From assembly GCA_973895155.1 (NCBI GenBank), contig OZ316896.1:9259539-9323538 (forward strand): 64,000 bases of DNA, read 5' to 3'. A model generated the notes under the pieces. That model was not told the origin of the DNA and did no database searches. It worked only from the letters and a program-made list of their open reading frames with translations. The position numbers and the translations under genes were made by a program. Of the stretch, positions 22,101-34,266 are shown in pieces. Numbering within the stretch: the first letter of the stretch is position 1; every line of letters starts with the position of its first letter. Origin of the DNA: Marsupella aquatica. Its lineage: Eukaryota > Plantae > Marchantiophyta.

Positions 22101-22825
22101 AGTGAGAGGACTGCGACACACGATGACATTCGGGACGTGGTGGCGGCCATTGCCCGTGATTTTGGTTACCATGTCATGATGGAGCAGAGACATGTGTTAC
22201 CTCCACGGGATGGGGTTTCTGATCGTCGTCGTGCAGATTTGGTATTCTCTCGCGCTGGTGTTCGTGCCCTTGGGGATGTCGTTGTTGCTGATCCGACTAG
22301 TGGGGCCAACGTGGCTTCGGCGGCTCATATACCTGGCCATGCCGCCGCGAGGGCAGCTCGGCTGAAGGAGGAGGCCTATGCTGTGCGGTACCCCGAGGAC
22401 CTCTTCTACCCGTTTGCCGTGGAGGTCTTTGGGGCGCTACACCCATCCTTTGACCGTTTTCTTCGCTCTTGCGCAGTTCAGTACGTCGAGCGGAGGCCCT
22501 ATCCCCCTGTGTCGGTCATCACTGCATTCTTTAGACAGAGGGTGTCTATTGCGCTTCAGCGGGCACAGGCGTTCACTATTCTTCGTAGGGGGGAGACTGT
22601 TGGTCTTAGGGCCGCTATAGGATTCCTTTGCTTGACCCCCCCATGCAATTCACACCAGAGCTTTACCAGGTTCTCCAGTTTGCTGATAGGTAGGCGTTTG
22701 GGTTCCTGTTTTTGGGTTTGCTTTTCTTGGCCCCTTGGTGGTTTCCCCCCTTGATTGGGTCTTTTGCCTGTGGGATCATGTCTCCCGGTTCGGCGCCCTC
22801 TGTTTTTTGGCAGTTTGATATATAT
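19103..22825 (+). mobile_element. RLE-type non-LTR retrotransposon (CRE-like clade), apparently full length
   Basis: Sharp GC-rich insert flanked by ACTATAT at 19096-19102 and 22826-22832 (probable TSD), with an (AT)n 3' tail. Removing it restores the satellite unit. Confidence 0.88.
19495..22754 (+). CDS. Zinc finger + reverse transcriptase + CCHC + restriction-like endonuclease ORF (frameshift near 19740, probably another near 22620)
   Basis: N-terminal CDAC...LTRHRRSC finger in ORF 19495. RT motifs GGVRPLAIGE, DVANAFN, RQGDPLG, ADD and LGVP. C-terminal CVCG...HILRC...HDDIRD, RRADL, GDVVVADP, KEEAY and FAVEVFG (RLE) in ORF 19647-22754. Confidence 0.88.
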
Positions 22826-23089
22826 ACTATATATCAAAATGCCAGCAAAAATGTACGACAATCTCTGGTGACATTGGAAATCGTGTCCCACTATATATCA
22901 AAATGCCAACAAAAATGTAAAACCGGGAGGGTTCAAGCTTACATTAGATCGCCAGTGAAGTGTCCAAAGTCCACAAGCCAAAGTCACGCTCGGTCGTACA
23001 AAAACGTGCATTTGATTTCATCTGACAAATGCTCTCATTCCGAGCTGAATGGAGCTGGAGAGGCGGAAGTATGCTCTGGGCAGCCAAGC

Positions 23090-23193
23090 CAGCTCTCCTG
23101 CTCTCTCGCCTATTGCTCAACGCCCGCCTCGGTCTTGGGGTTGCTCTCCTGCTCTCTCGCCTATTGCTCAACGCCCGCCTCGCTCTTGGGGTT
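23090..23193. repeat. ~51-bp tandem duplication
   Basis: gctctcctgctctctcgcctattgctcaacgcccgcctcg(g/c)tcttggggtt occurs twice. Confidence 0.8.
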
Positions 23194-23991
23194 CAGAATG
23201 GAGCACGGCATTCCACAGCTGCCCATATCTACTGATCGACCATAGCTCACGGAGGCGTCTATCAACATCCTATCCAGTGAGTCGTTCCCTCCAGTGAGTC
23301 GTTCCCTTCACAGGGGCATAACATTGCGGTAGATGGAATGTCGAACGCCAAAAAAGTGTGCGACGGGATTGGTCTGTGAATGGCCGCGTCTCGCTCCTTC
23401 TCTCGTTTTGGGACTCCGTTGGCATAGGCGCGGAATCATAGAGGTATGATGCTTTCCATCGTTTGGCAGAAAGGAACGGTGATCTGAAAAGTGCAAACGA
23501 ATGATGCACTCCGCAGGCCACATTGCCTAAAGATTGGGACAGAGGAGCTACTTACACCTTGAAGCATTGATTGATTGAGAAGAATGCTCCCTCCTTACGT
23601 CGGGATCCTGCAAGCTAACTCGGCTTCGGTGGGTGTCAGGGAGGCGTCTAAGGTTGTCACAACATGCTTCCTCTGTACTTGGAGACAGCATGATCCTGCC
23701 TTCTAGACTTACAATGTCTCGTTGTGTATGGGTGTTTGCATCTAGCCGGCTAACAACTAACGAATGTATTGCTTGTGTATCTAGGCACCAGCGAGGATCA
23801 CACATCATTGAGTTCACCGATCTTTGCAATTAGTAAGAACGATTGTTGGTAGTCCATCATAGTGGATAGGGCAGCACCACTTGGCGAAGGATTTCTACAC
23901 GGTAACACCAAAGAAGGTGATACATTCCCGAGTCTCACGTACGTCAGTTGGGCAAGCTTCAGCTCTACTCCAGCCACTACTCATCTTCAAA

Positions 23992-26039
23992 ATGTGCTGG
24001 CAAAATGTTTGCGTTGCGTTAATTTTTGCAACGACTTACTTCAAAATAATTTCTGCGCTACAAAATTTCAGTATAGCAAGCACCTCATATGACTGTTCAT
24101 CCAACGTCAGATGCCTTGGCAGCGCCCACGTGTACAATCAGATTAGCAACAGAATACAGGTGGGAAGGCTGTCACTAGTACCAGAACCAAGCATTCAAAG
24201 TATCTCAGGAATTGCATACTACATCCAGCCAGTAAAATTGCTGGACCTGGCAACTCGCCAGTCAGCATCCTTCAACACTACCTTCACCGTAGACACAGTC
24301 TTGGCCAGCGACAACGGAAGCTTAATCCCTGAAGAGGGGATGGCCTTTGTGATCAGTGCCGATAAGTCAGGAACGGGCACTGCGGGCGGTAACTTGGGTT
24401 TTTTCGACGTAGATGGGAAAACAACCTTCAAATCCATTGCAGTGGAGTTTGATCCAAACTATCCTCAAAATGACATCAGTAGGAACCATGTGAGCTTTGA
24501 CTTCCATCATATTACATGGTCGGCTGCAGCAAATACCTCGGATGTCAACATGACCTTGGGTGACATACATTTTATGCTTGGGTGGAATATAGCAGTGCGA
24601 CGATGCAACTTGAGTTGAGAGTCTGTTACAGTAACCGCAGGCCAATCAGCCCACTCTTGAACTATACAGTAAATCTGTCCGATGTTGTTGAGGAATACAT
24701 GTGGGTGGGCTTCTCGAGTGGCGCAGGGACGTATTATAGCAATTTCTACATCGGGGATTGGAAGTTTGAATCTTATTGGAAACCTGCATCAAGTGGAAGT
24801 AAACTGGGCATTATCGTGGGAATCTCTGTGGGTATCCCCATTCTTCTTCTTACTACCATTCTCGGAGCGCTCTACGTGTGGAAGAGGTCTGCTGGTAAAG
24901 ACCATGTAGGCTGGTCGACGTCGATCGAAGAGGATCCCATGATGAATTTTGCGGGAATGCCCAAGCAATTCAGCTACAAGCAACTGAGTGTGGCCACAGG
25001 AGCCTTCCGTGAGCAGTCAAAACTAGGGCAAGGAGGGTTCGGAAGTGTGTATCAGGGAGTGTTGCCTTCCTCGGGAATTCCAGTAGCAGTGAAAAAAATC
25101 AGCAGTAACTCTACTCAGGGTGAAAAAGAGTTCATGTCGGAAGTTTCCATCATCAGTCAGCTCAGACATCGGAATCTGATCCAAATCCTGGGTTGGTGTA
25201 AAGATAGGTCTAAAGCGAAATATCTGATTGTATACGAGCTAATGCCGAATGGAAGTCCAGACAAGGCATTGTTTGGGCCAGCTGAAAGCCAAACCGCTAC
25301 CCTGTCTTGGAAGCAGAGGTTCAATATCGTGACCGGAATTGCAGCTGCTTTGGACTATTTGCACCAGGGATGGAAAAGGCAAATCATACACAGGGATGTG
25401 AAGTCTTCGAATGTCATGCTCGACGAGGACTGGAATTCAAAGTTAGGAGATTTTGGTCTTGCTCGTCTGGTGGATCACCAACAGGAAGCAGCCACAACTT
25501 TAATGGCAGGAACCTACGGCTACATCGCCCCAGAGGTAGCCGCTTCTGGGAAGTTCACAGATAAAACGGATGTTTTTGCCTTTGGTGCAGTCGTCTTAGA
25601 GGTTGCATGTGGACGGAAGGCTTTGGCTGCCAATCTCCCTGACGACGAAATGATTCTAGTAGATTGGGTATGGCATCAGCTTAGTGTGGGTGAGCTGATG
25701 AGTACAGTGGATAAACGACTAGAAGACTACGACGCCTACTGGATGGAAGTGATGTTGACCATTGGATTACTATGCTCTCATCCTATCCCTGCTATTCGAC
25801 CTTCTATGCGGCATGTTGTCCAAGTGCTCGCTGGAGATGCTCCGGTGCCTTCAATCGAAGAGACCAAGCCTGATTCTGCAATCGGTACAGGCAAAATATA
25901 TCGTACCTTTGGCTCAAAATATGCGAGGACTTCTAACTCTCGATCAGGGTCGACGTCGCTGCCATATACGAACGCATCTGCTGGAGCTCAAGGATCCAAT
26001 ATGATGTCGTTTGAGACTTCGTCGAATTCTAACTCTTGA
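23992..26039 (+). pseudogene. LecRK: L-type lectin receptor-like kinase (LecRK), intronless, with one frameshift at ~24570
   Basis: Signal-like N-terminus, legume lectin motifs (SFNTTF, EGMAFV, IAVEFD, NHVS; AWVEY...YMWVGFS after the shift), a TM segment, and kinase motifs GQGGFG, VAVK, HRDVKSSN, DFG, GTYGYIAPE. Confidence 0.88.
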
Positions 26040-26809
26040 TTACATTTGCTCCGGAGATCAATTGACTACCAGTTTGAGGTGCCACTTTGCTACTGTAGCT
26101 TAATTCAAACGGCACTGAGTGATGAAAACTGTCCATAGTTGCGACGATCCGAATAGATATCGATGTAATGCTCGAGCTCGAACTTGAGACATGAATCAAA
26201 ACCTACAGTAGATGCCAGGGGGCCGAATCCACTCAAAAATTCCAATTGCTGCCTGACGCCACCACCTCTACCATTTAAAGCAGAAGGAGAGATTGGAAGT
26301 GTCTGTCTAGAGCGTTTAGATACTGACACTAATTGGGGGTTTAATCTAGTAGCTGTGCCCACATAGAAATGATTTGATACTGAATTTTTCAATTCTAATA
26401 TCCATAGCTCGTTAAACTTACAGACGCATAAGGCTAAGAGTTGGTTTGGATCTCTAACCTTCTGTTAGATCATCGACGTGTGTTAGGACTACTTACAATT
26501 GCAAACTCAGCTGTGTCTTACTGCACAAATCTGTTCTTCACCCTGCTGAGCCTGTCATTACACAGAAGTGACGTGTTCCTCACAACAGTTCCAACGTTGC
26601 TGCTGAAGGGAATGAACAAGTAATGGAGATGGTATTTCATATATCAAAGACTATTCACATTTTGCAGAATGTTGAGTGGCATCATTACTAATTTAAAATT
26701 GAATGCTAGACATGTAATTGAACTGAGCCTCTTCTAGGTCATCACTTTCACTATACTCTAGTGAAGTTTCATCAAGGTCAAAATTCACAGCAGATTCAAC
26801 CAGTTTCAA

Positions 26810-27496
26810 TTATATCTGTTTAGACTGCTCTATTTCCAAGACAGCCTTGGATTTCTCACTAGCCTCCTGGTTTCTGAGTGCAAGGTGGGCTAGGTGTCCA
26901 ACACCTCGAAAATCCTTGGAGAATTCATCTTCCAAAGTTCTCTGTAGATCTCTCAGCATCATAGTTCTCATCCCAGGTGGCAACAGAAGCCATGGGTGTG
27001 AGAACTGGTTCCTACCCTGTCTCTTATAAGCAAAGTTAGACCACTGAAACACTGTATTAGTAAAATGTTTTTCCTCTTTCATTTGATCCATGTACATTCT
27101 GGTTGGAACATCAATGTCAATGGCATTACTTACACAGTTTTCTTCCAATGATTCCACCCCTTCTTCTACAACAGCCATGAAGATGGGCTTGGACAGCTCA
27201 AGTAGATGTCTAATCTGATTCAAATGACTTTCATCAAGGGAGTCCTTTAGGGCATCCAGAGTGTTCACCAGCTGCAACAGAGCAAAGGCAAACACAGCAA
27301 AAGACACTGATTCTGTCCAGAGCTTGACCTTGGAAATAGAACATTGCAGGTTCTCTGTAGCCTTCCTCACAAGAGGAGTTAATCGTAAGACGATACTCCT
27401 ATAATTATGCATAGCAGCTTGATACTTCAAAACCTTTGAAAATCCTTCTTCCAAAAGTTTGATGGCCTCACAACACACTACAGTTTGAGACATCAC
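26810..27496 (-). CDS. Hypothetical helical protein or gene fragment
   Basis: 228-aa open frame with protein-like composition but no recognised motif. Confidence 0.3.
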   Translation of the reverse strand: MMSQTVVCCEAIKLLEEGFSKVLKYQAAMHNYRSIVLRLTPLVRKATENLQCSISKVKLWTESVSFAVFAFALLQLVNTLDALKDSLDESHLNQIRHLLELSKPIFMAVVEEGVESLEENCVSNAIDIDVPTRMYMDQMKEEKHFTNTVFQWSNFAYKRQGRNQFSHPWLLLPPGMRTMMLRDLQRTLEDEFSKDFRGVGHLAHLALRNQEASEKSKAVLEIEQSKQI

Positions 27497-27945
27497 TATC
27501 TCATTCTGTAGAACACATTTCTCCCAAGGCAGTTTGCTCTCTGCTTAAGTGTCGTCCAGTTCGCTAATCCCAAGCATTTTGGCAATGAGTAGACATGGCC
27601 TATCTCCAACAACAGAATCTGAAATACGTCTCTCGTTTTAAGAGAAACACCTGACTCTCTCGTCTGCAGGCTCTTGAATTTCTGGCAATTCCTTCAACAA
27701 AGAGGATTCTTCACATGTAGAATCAGAAAAAGCTAAAGGAAGAGAGAAAGTCCCATATCTTCTTTTTTTCGGATGACAAGGTGAGGAGGAGGAAAAAGAT
27801 AACGACATGCCATCACCAGTGCCAACTATCCACAGTGGTGCCAAATATGCACAGCTGCTCAATCAATACAATTACGCCCACCAATCTGCAACAAACATAT
27901 CTCTTAGCTTCGTATCTCTCTTTCTGAACCAGGTTCTTGGATTGG

Positions 27946-28141
27946 TAGAAGATAATCAAACTCAAAAAAGCAAGACATCTTACTCATCCGATCAAACATT
28001 GGCATGAGGGTGCAGCAAAATTCAGTCACAGAGAAATATGCTAGAAGATAATCAAACTCAAAAAAGCAAGACATCTTACTCATCCGATCAAACATTGGCA
28101 TGAGGGTGCAGCAAAATTCAGTCACAGAGAAATATGCTAGA
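27946..28141. repeat. 96-bp perfect tandem duplication
   Basis: tagaagataatcaaactc...gagaaatatgc starts at both 27946 and 28042. Confidence 0.9.
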
Positions 28142-28827
28142 AATCCCGGCTGCAGCAAACCAGAGAAATATCAGGACAGGAACAGATCACGCACCTTGTG
28201 CAATCACGAGTTGAAAAAACCTCCACAAAAGGTTCTCGCTCAGCTCCAGCCTTCACGGAAGCAGAGCCCCTTGCAGGTTACTTTAAGCTCCTATTTCCAC
28301 ATCCATCCACGGCCCCTTGCGGCCGCAAAGAGGTCAAGACCGACCCCTGCTGGATTGCAGATAGGGAGTTCTCAACCAGGGGCAGATCTTTTGCGCCAAC
28401 ACATGACAATCAGTCAATTCAGAGGAAACAATGTGCATGAGCGACGCCCTGGACAGCAGATCACCACCTTGACATAAAGAATTGTGTGCACCTCAACAAT
28501 CTGATCCCACTCCGTCCCTCTAAAACAACAACGCAACGCGTTGACAAGGCCAGGCAGAAGCCAGAAACACCACTCCTCTCCGATGCACGTCCCCAAATTC
28601 CTCCCCAGTGTCCACGGCCGGTGATCAATTAACCTGCCCTAAAGCACTCACCGCCTCTGTTCACCTCGTCCTTCTTTTCTTATTCAAACACCTGACTTCC
28701 TTTCTTCCAACACCGACTATCGATCGATCAACCAACCGCTTCCCATCGCACTCACAAAATGAACTCCAAACCGGCTATACGTGTTTCGGTGAAACGAGAA
28801 GCGTAGGCGCAAGCATTGAAAGGTGTG

Positions 28828-29320
28828 ATCAATGGGCAATCAGTGGGCACAAATTGAACTCGAAACCGGCTATATGTGTTTCGGCGAAATGAGAAGCATA
28901 GACGCGAGCAGTGGGCAAGGCGAGCAGTGAAAGGGGCGGAGGCAAGCGGTGAAAGGGGCGGAGGCGAGCGGTGACAGGCGCGAGCAATGGGCAATCAGTG
29001 GGCAGTGAAAGGGGCGAGGCGAGCGGTGAAAGGGGCGAGCAATGGGCAATCAGTGGGCAGCGAGGCGAGCGGTGAAAGGCGCGAGCAATGGGCAATCAGT
29101 GTGCATTTGTCGTGTTTGAACTTCTTTGGCTTTTCTTGCCTTGGGCTTTTGCACTTGTCCTTTTGGCTTTTTGGCCCTTTGCTTTGCTTTTTCTCCCTTG
29201 ATTGGGTTTCTTGTCCTTTTGGCCCTTTGTTTTGCTTATTCTCCCTTGATTGGATTTCTGTCCTTTTGGCCCTTTGCTTTGTTTCTTTTCCCTTGATTGG
29301 GTTTCTTGTCTTAGGGCCGT
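28828..29320. repeat. Two adjacent degenerate minisatellites
   Basis: gagcaatgggcaatcagtg / gagcggtgaaaggggcg units (28828-29100), then ttttggccc(t)ttg...cccttgattgg units (29120-29320). Confidence 0.75.
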
Positions 29321-31189
29321 CTTGCATGTGCAAGGTCTTTTGATTTTTGGCCCTCAAATGAACCCGTGGCATCTCTAAACAAAGCGACAAGCCGGCAGTC
29401 CTGATGGCGTCTTTGGAGGATATGCAAGGGCAAGGGCCGGAAATTTTCCGGCCCTTGAAGTCCCGAACTTTGAACTTTGAATAAAACAAAATGGCAGTAG
29501 ATCCCCGACTCAATAAGCACTTCACACATAAGGTGTTCTTGATTATGTTTAGATCCTGGGTCCACACTTTTTCCCCACATCTGTGGGCTGCTAAGGGTCG
29601 CATTTTTCAAGACTCTTGCACATGCAAGACAGCCCTTAGGGTTTTTGTCTAAGGTTGGGCCTTCCTTGTTTTTTGGCAGTTTGAAATTTAACTTTGTTTT
29701 TTGTGATTGATAGTCAAAGTGCTGAGCGGGAGGCAGAAGGATCAAGAAGACATGCGACTGAACAGGGAGGTGAGTGCAGGGGGCTGAGTAGTCTGTGAGT
29801 ACCAGTGAGTACACTTTTGCTTTGAGGGTGGTTACTTCCATAATCTTTGGTGTAAACGGATGGTATTCTGTAATTTATGGACGGCAACCAGTAATGTTAG
29901 GTCCAGACCAGCGGTAAAGCTGTAATCCAGCAACATTAGTTCTGTTATCCTTCGACGGAACTGGCATATTTTTCCACCGTTTGCCCATTTTAAAAAGACC
30001 GTCCATCACACCATCCATTTCCATTGGTTTTGTGAGAGCAATATGGCGACTCAGTTTTTTAGTCCAACATTGTAGCAACTCAGTTGTTGTACGTCTCCAG
30101 CATTGCAAAAATCCTCAGTGTGACAATTTGACCAAACGCTCAAGACAATACACATAATGAAATCACTGATCAATACTGAAAATCTGGTGTCTTTATTCAA
30201 AGTCTAAAAGGACCGGGTTAGTCCCTAGATATACATCAAAATAATGCATCTGATAAAACCTTTGGTAAAATAATATCAAATAAATGTTTAAGTCCCACTG
30301 ATTTACTTGCAAAAAACAACTTTTAAAAAAATAGCACCCAGAGAGCACCCAGAACTATTGGTTCACCTTAAGAAAGTTCAGGCAAGACTATACTTGGAGC
30401 AATACTTTCAAGTATGAGTACTTCAAAAAATTGACAGGGAATAATTAAAGAGAGTAAGTATTAGGTACCTTAAATACTACTTACCTTGCACAAGTATTTC
30501 AAAACATGAATAAAATGAATATGGGAGTGACATAGGCTAAATACTTTGTACATATGTTACATACATATTTTTAAGCAAGAGTACACTGAAAATTACTTTT
30601 AGAGAATACATCTGGTGGATTGACGTAGATAGTGGTACGTATGTACAATTAATAAAAGGGGAAAATAATCACACAGGTCATGAGAAAGGGTTGTAGGGAC
30701 AAGGGGCCCCACTAAGTCTATTTGAAAAGTAAAGATATCCCTGACGAGTGGCCCCGTCAAGTATTTTGCTGTTCTATTCTATCTAAAACAAATTAACAAG
30801 AATGCGTATTCTACTTGACTACAGATAAGATACAATCTGTGTCTTTCAGCTCTACAATTATTATAGTGTAGTTTGCCATCCTGCTTGACTACACTCTATC
30901 GTCTGCAGTAGTTCTACAATGTCTAAATCTTTGGGATCACTCGCTCTCTCATTGTCCTTCTTCACTATGAAATTGATTGTGCACTTCTCAAACGTTCTTG
31001 ATAAAGTGTTTCCAACTCCCTTCACTACAATGGATTGGTTCCAACCTCCTCCACTTGGTCCTTGTAATGTCTAGGATTTATTACAATACTAGGGTCAGTT
31101 AACGGGCAGTGTGCAGTGGCCTCCATAATTAGATGGGCTAGTCTAACTCTATAATTGCAATATCAACCTATTGTTCAGGGTTATACACT

Positions 31190-33260
31190 TTAGAGTGAAG
31201 CCTCTAGACCATAACTTGGTGGCATAACTGAATTGAGTATTCAAGTGGAAAATAGGGATTGAGGCACGACAAATGTCAGAAATTGGCACGACGTGTGAGG
31301 AGCCACCAGAAACCAATTGATTGCAAATCCCTGAACGGGCAATTGGCTTCAATGTCCTCATCTTTATTTACATCGCAAGAGCAGACAATCAGGTATCCAA
31401 TGAAATGCTATCAAATTATGAGACAAGGGCGTGTAGAGTACAACCTCTAGAGTGTTACTTGGGGGGTGTAAGTGTGGTTCGAAATACAAGTTATTGGTGT
31501 GTAACCATTTATGGAGGTCCTTGCTATTTCCATAATCTATTGCCCAAAACCTCGCTATTGGTAACTTTTTTCGTACCATATTCATGTAATGTAAAGATGC
31601 TCTGGGTTGGGATTCTAGTTTGAGCCCTACTCTCATAATGCTCAGAATAGTTTCTTGGATATTGTCAATCAGGTTTTCTTCAGTATCTGGTCATGGATAT
31701 AGAGTTAAAGCCGAGTACATACCCCTGAGACATTGGAAACCAATTGAAGACAAAGCCCTAGCCGGAACGAGCAAACAGACTCGAGTGTTCTCATCTCTAT
31801 TTACATCCAAAGAATGGACAATCAGACATCTAATGAAACAGGATCAAAAGTGGAGACAAGGGCCTATAGTCTAGAGTGAAACCTCTAGACTTGACTTTGG
31901 GGGCACACCTACCGGTGGGTGTAACTGGAAAGTGACACATGTATTATTTATTACCAAAGCTGGGGCAAGCTCTAGTGTAGTAACACTGATTAACCTTGAT
32001 ATGGGGTTCGTCTAGAGGTAGAACGGAGAAGAGAGGAAAGGAGCCGTGAAAGAGAGTCTACTTACTACAATAATGAGATCTGTGGAGCAAGACAACCTAT
32101 TTACATCCCAAGAGCGAGAGACAATCAGGTATCTCATAAAATGCAATCAAAAGTTGATACAAGGGCCTATAGTCTAAAGGGAAACCTCTAGACTGTGACT
32201 TTGGTCACCTAGTGGTGGGGTGTAACTAGAAAGTGACACATGTATTATTTAGCAAAGCTGGGGCAAGCTATGGTGTAGTAACGTTGAATAACCTCGATAT
32301 GGGGTTCACCTAGTGTAGAAGAAAGGGACACACGTATTATTTAGCAAAGCTGGGGCAAGCTAGTGTAGTAACAGAAAGGGACACATGTATTATTTACTAG
32401 CAAAGCTGGGGCAAGCAAGTGTGGTAACAGAAAGGGACACATGTATTATTTACTAGCAAAGTTGGGGCAAGCAAGTGTAGTAACAGAAAGGGACACATGT
32501 ATTATTTACTAGCAAAGCTGGGGCAAACTAGTGTAGTAACAGAAAGGGACACATGTATTATTTTTCTAGCAAAGCTGGGGCAAGCTAGCGTAGTAACAGA
32601 AAGCGACACATGTATTATTTACTAAACAAAGCTGGGGCGAGCGAGTGTAGTAACACTGATTAACCTCCATATGGGGTTCGCCTACACTACAAGAACGGAG
32701 AAGAGAAGAGAGGAGAGGAGAAGAGCGGCGAAAGAGAGTCTACTGCGAGAATGAGATCCATGGAGCAAAACAACTCTATTCAAGTCCAATGAGCCGAGAC
32801 AATCAGACATTTCACAATCAGGCATCTCATAAATTGAGATCAAAAGTGGAGACAAGGGCCTCTGATCTACAGTGAAGCCTCTAGGCTCCCACTTTGGGGG
32901 CACACCTACGATAGTGATGGGGTGTAACTGGAAAGTGACTCATGTATTATTTATTTATTATTAGCAAAACTGGGGAAGTGACTCATGTATTATTTATTTA
33001 TTAGCAAGCTGGGAAGTGATTCATGTATTATTTAATTATCATTCGCAAAGCCGGGAAGTGACTCATGTATTATTTAATAATTATTAGCAAAGCCAGGGAA
33101 GTGACTCATGTATTATTTATTTATTTATTAGCGAAGCTGGGGCAAGCTACTCTAGTAACATTGATTATTCCCCTCAAGTAAAGTAGTAGAACGGAGACGA
33201 GAGGAGAGGAGCGGCGAAAGAGAGTCTAGTAGTAGTAAATGAGATCCGTGGAGCCAAAGC
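31190..33260. repeat. Diverged ~300-bp tandem array with nested ~57-bp and ~40-bp minisatellites, upstream of the dynamin gene
   Basis: Anchor agagtgaa(a/g)cctctaga recurs at ~31195, 31435, 31872, 32176 and 32871. gaaagggacacatgtattatttactagcaaagctggggcaag occurs about 6 times (32320-32650) and gaagtgactcatgtattattt 5 times (32930-33120). Confidence 0.8.
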
Positions 33261-34266
33261 AAAGGAGGACGGTCGGTACAGCAGCAGTCAGTCAGTAGTG
33301 TGGTCGTAGTAGCGCGCAGAGTAGCAGACCTCCGCAGCTGCCTGCCTCCTTCTTTCGTTGCTTCGAGAGCTGCCGATGCCGAACACTCGCAAGAGGAGAG
33401 GAGGGCAGAGGAGGGGAGAGGAGGGGAGAAAAAGTGGATCTCCACAGCTCCGAGGCAACGCGGAGAGTGCGCTGCGAGGAGGAGAGGAGAGGAGAGGAGA
33501 GGAGAGCTAGTAGTGAGGAAGTGAGGTGAGGCAAAATCGGGGCAGGGCAGGAAGGAGCGAAGGTCGTCGAAGGAGGTGGGAGAATCCAGAAGAACGAAGC
33601 CTTTTTCGAAACGGGCCGAGTCGGGACGGAGGGACGGACGCGCAAGCGAGCGAGTGAGGGCTTGCCAGAGCGCGGAGTGGCGAGGGAGGTGGAGTCGATC
33701 GAAAGGAAAAAAAAAAGGAGGAGGATGGCGGTCGGCGATTCGGGGTGGATGGGCGAAAGAGGAAGGGCAGGGCTGGCTTTCATCGTTTGCTGCAGCCGAG
33801 GACGAGTGACAGCTCTGTTGGTCGCTTGAGTTTGAGTTCGAGTTTGAACTCTAGGTTTATACATGTGTTTTCAGTGCAGAGGATAGGAGGAGGAGAAGTG
33901 AGCCGAAGTTCGCAGATCTCGGCCTTACTGGTTGAAGCTTGTGAGAGTTGGTGAGGTGTTGATGGGAAGGAACAGGTTTGGAGCGGCTGATGGATGAAGA
34001 GTGACTCATCGGGAAGTTCCAGAAGTGTGGTGTTTAGTTGAACTGCACTGAGTGTATGGATCGAATTGGACACAGAGCAGGTAGATAGGCTGATATATCG
34101 CAATTGGACGTACGAATTCCTGATCCGAGGACTGGAAGGCGCGAATCAAGTGAGCTTTGGTGTCGATCTCGAAGGTCGGTGGAACGAGGGGGTGTAGCGG
34201 CTAGATCGATTTCAGCGACTGCTGCTGCTGCTGCCCGACGGCATAGTTAAGAATCAAGTACGCGCG

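Larger units (their letters stand above)
18580..23045. repeat. ~245-bp satellite-like tandem repeat with nested ~63-bp subrepeat, split by a retrotransposon
   Basis: Recurrent ttagatcgccagtgaagtgtccaa...tgatttcatctgacaaa...acgacaatctctggtgacattggcaatcgtatgccactatatatcaaaatgccagcaaaaatgt at 18580-19102 and 22826-23045. Confidence 0.85.

Noticed and set aside
28995-29841. 202-aa and 176-aa minus-strand ORFs
   Set aside because: The first overlaps minisatellites and neither shows a recognisable domain.
32320-33150. Possible CRISPR or ncRNA array
   Set aside because: Head-to-tail minisatellite with no unique spacers.
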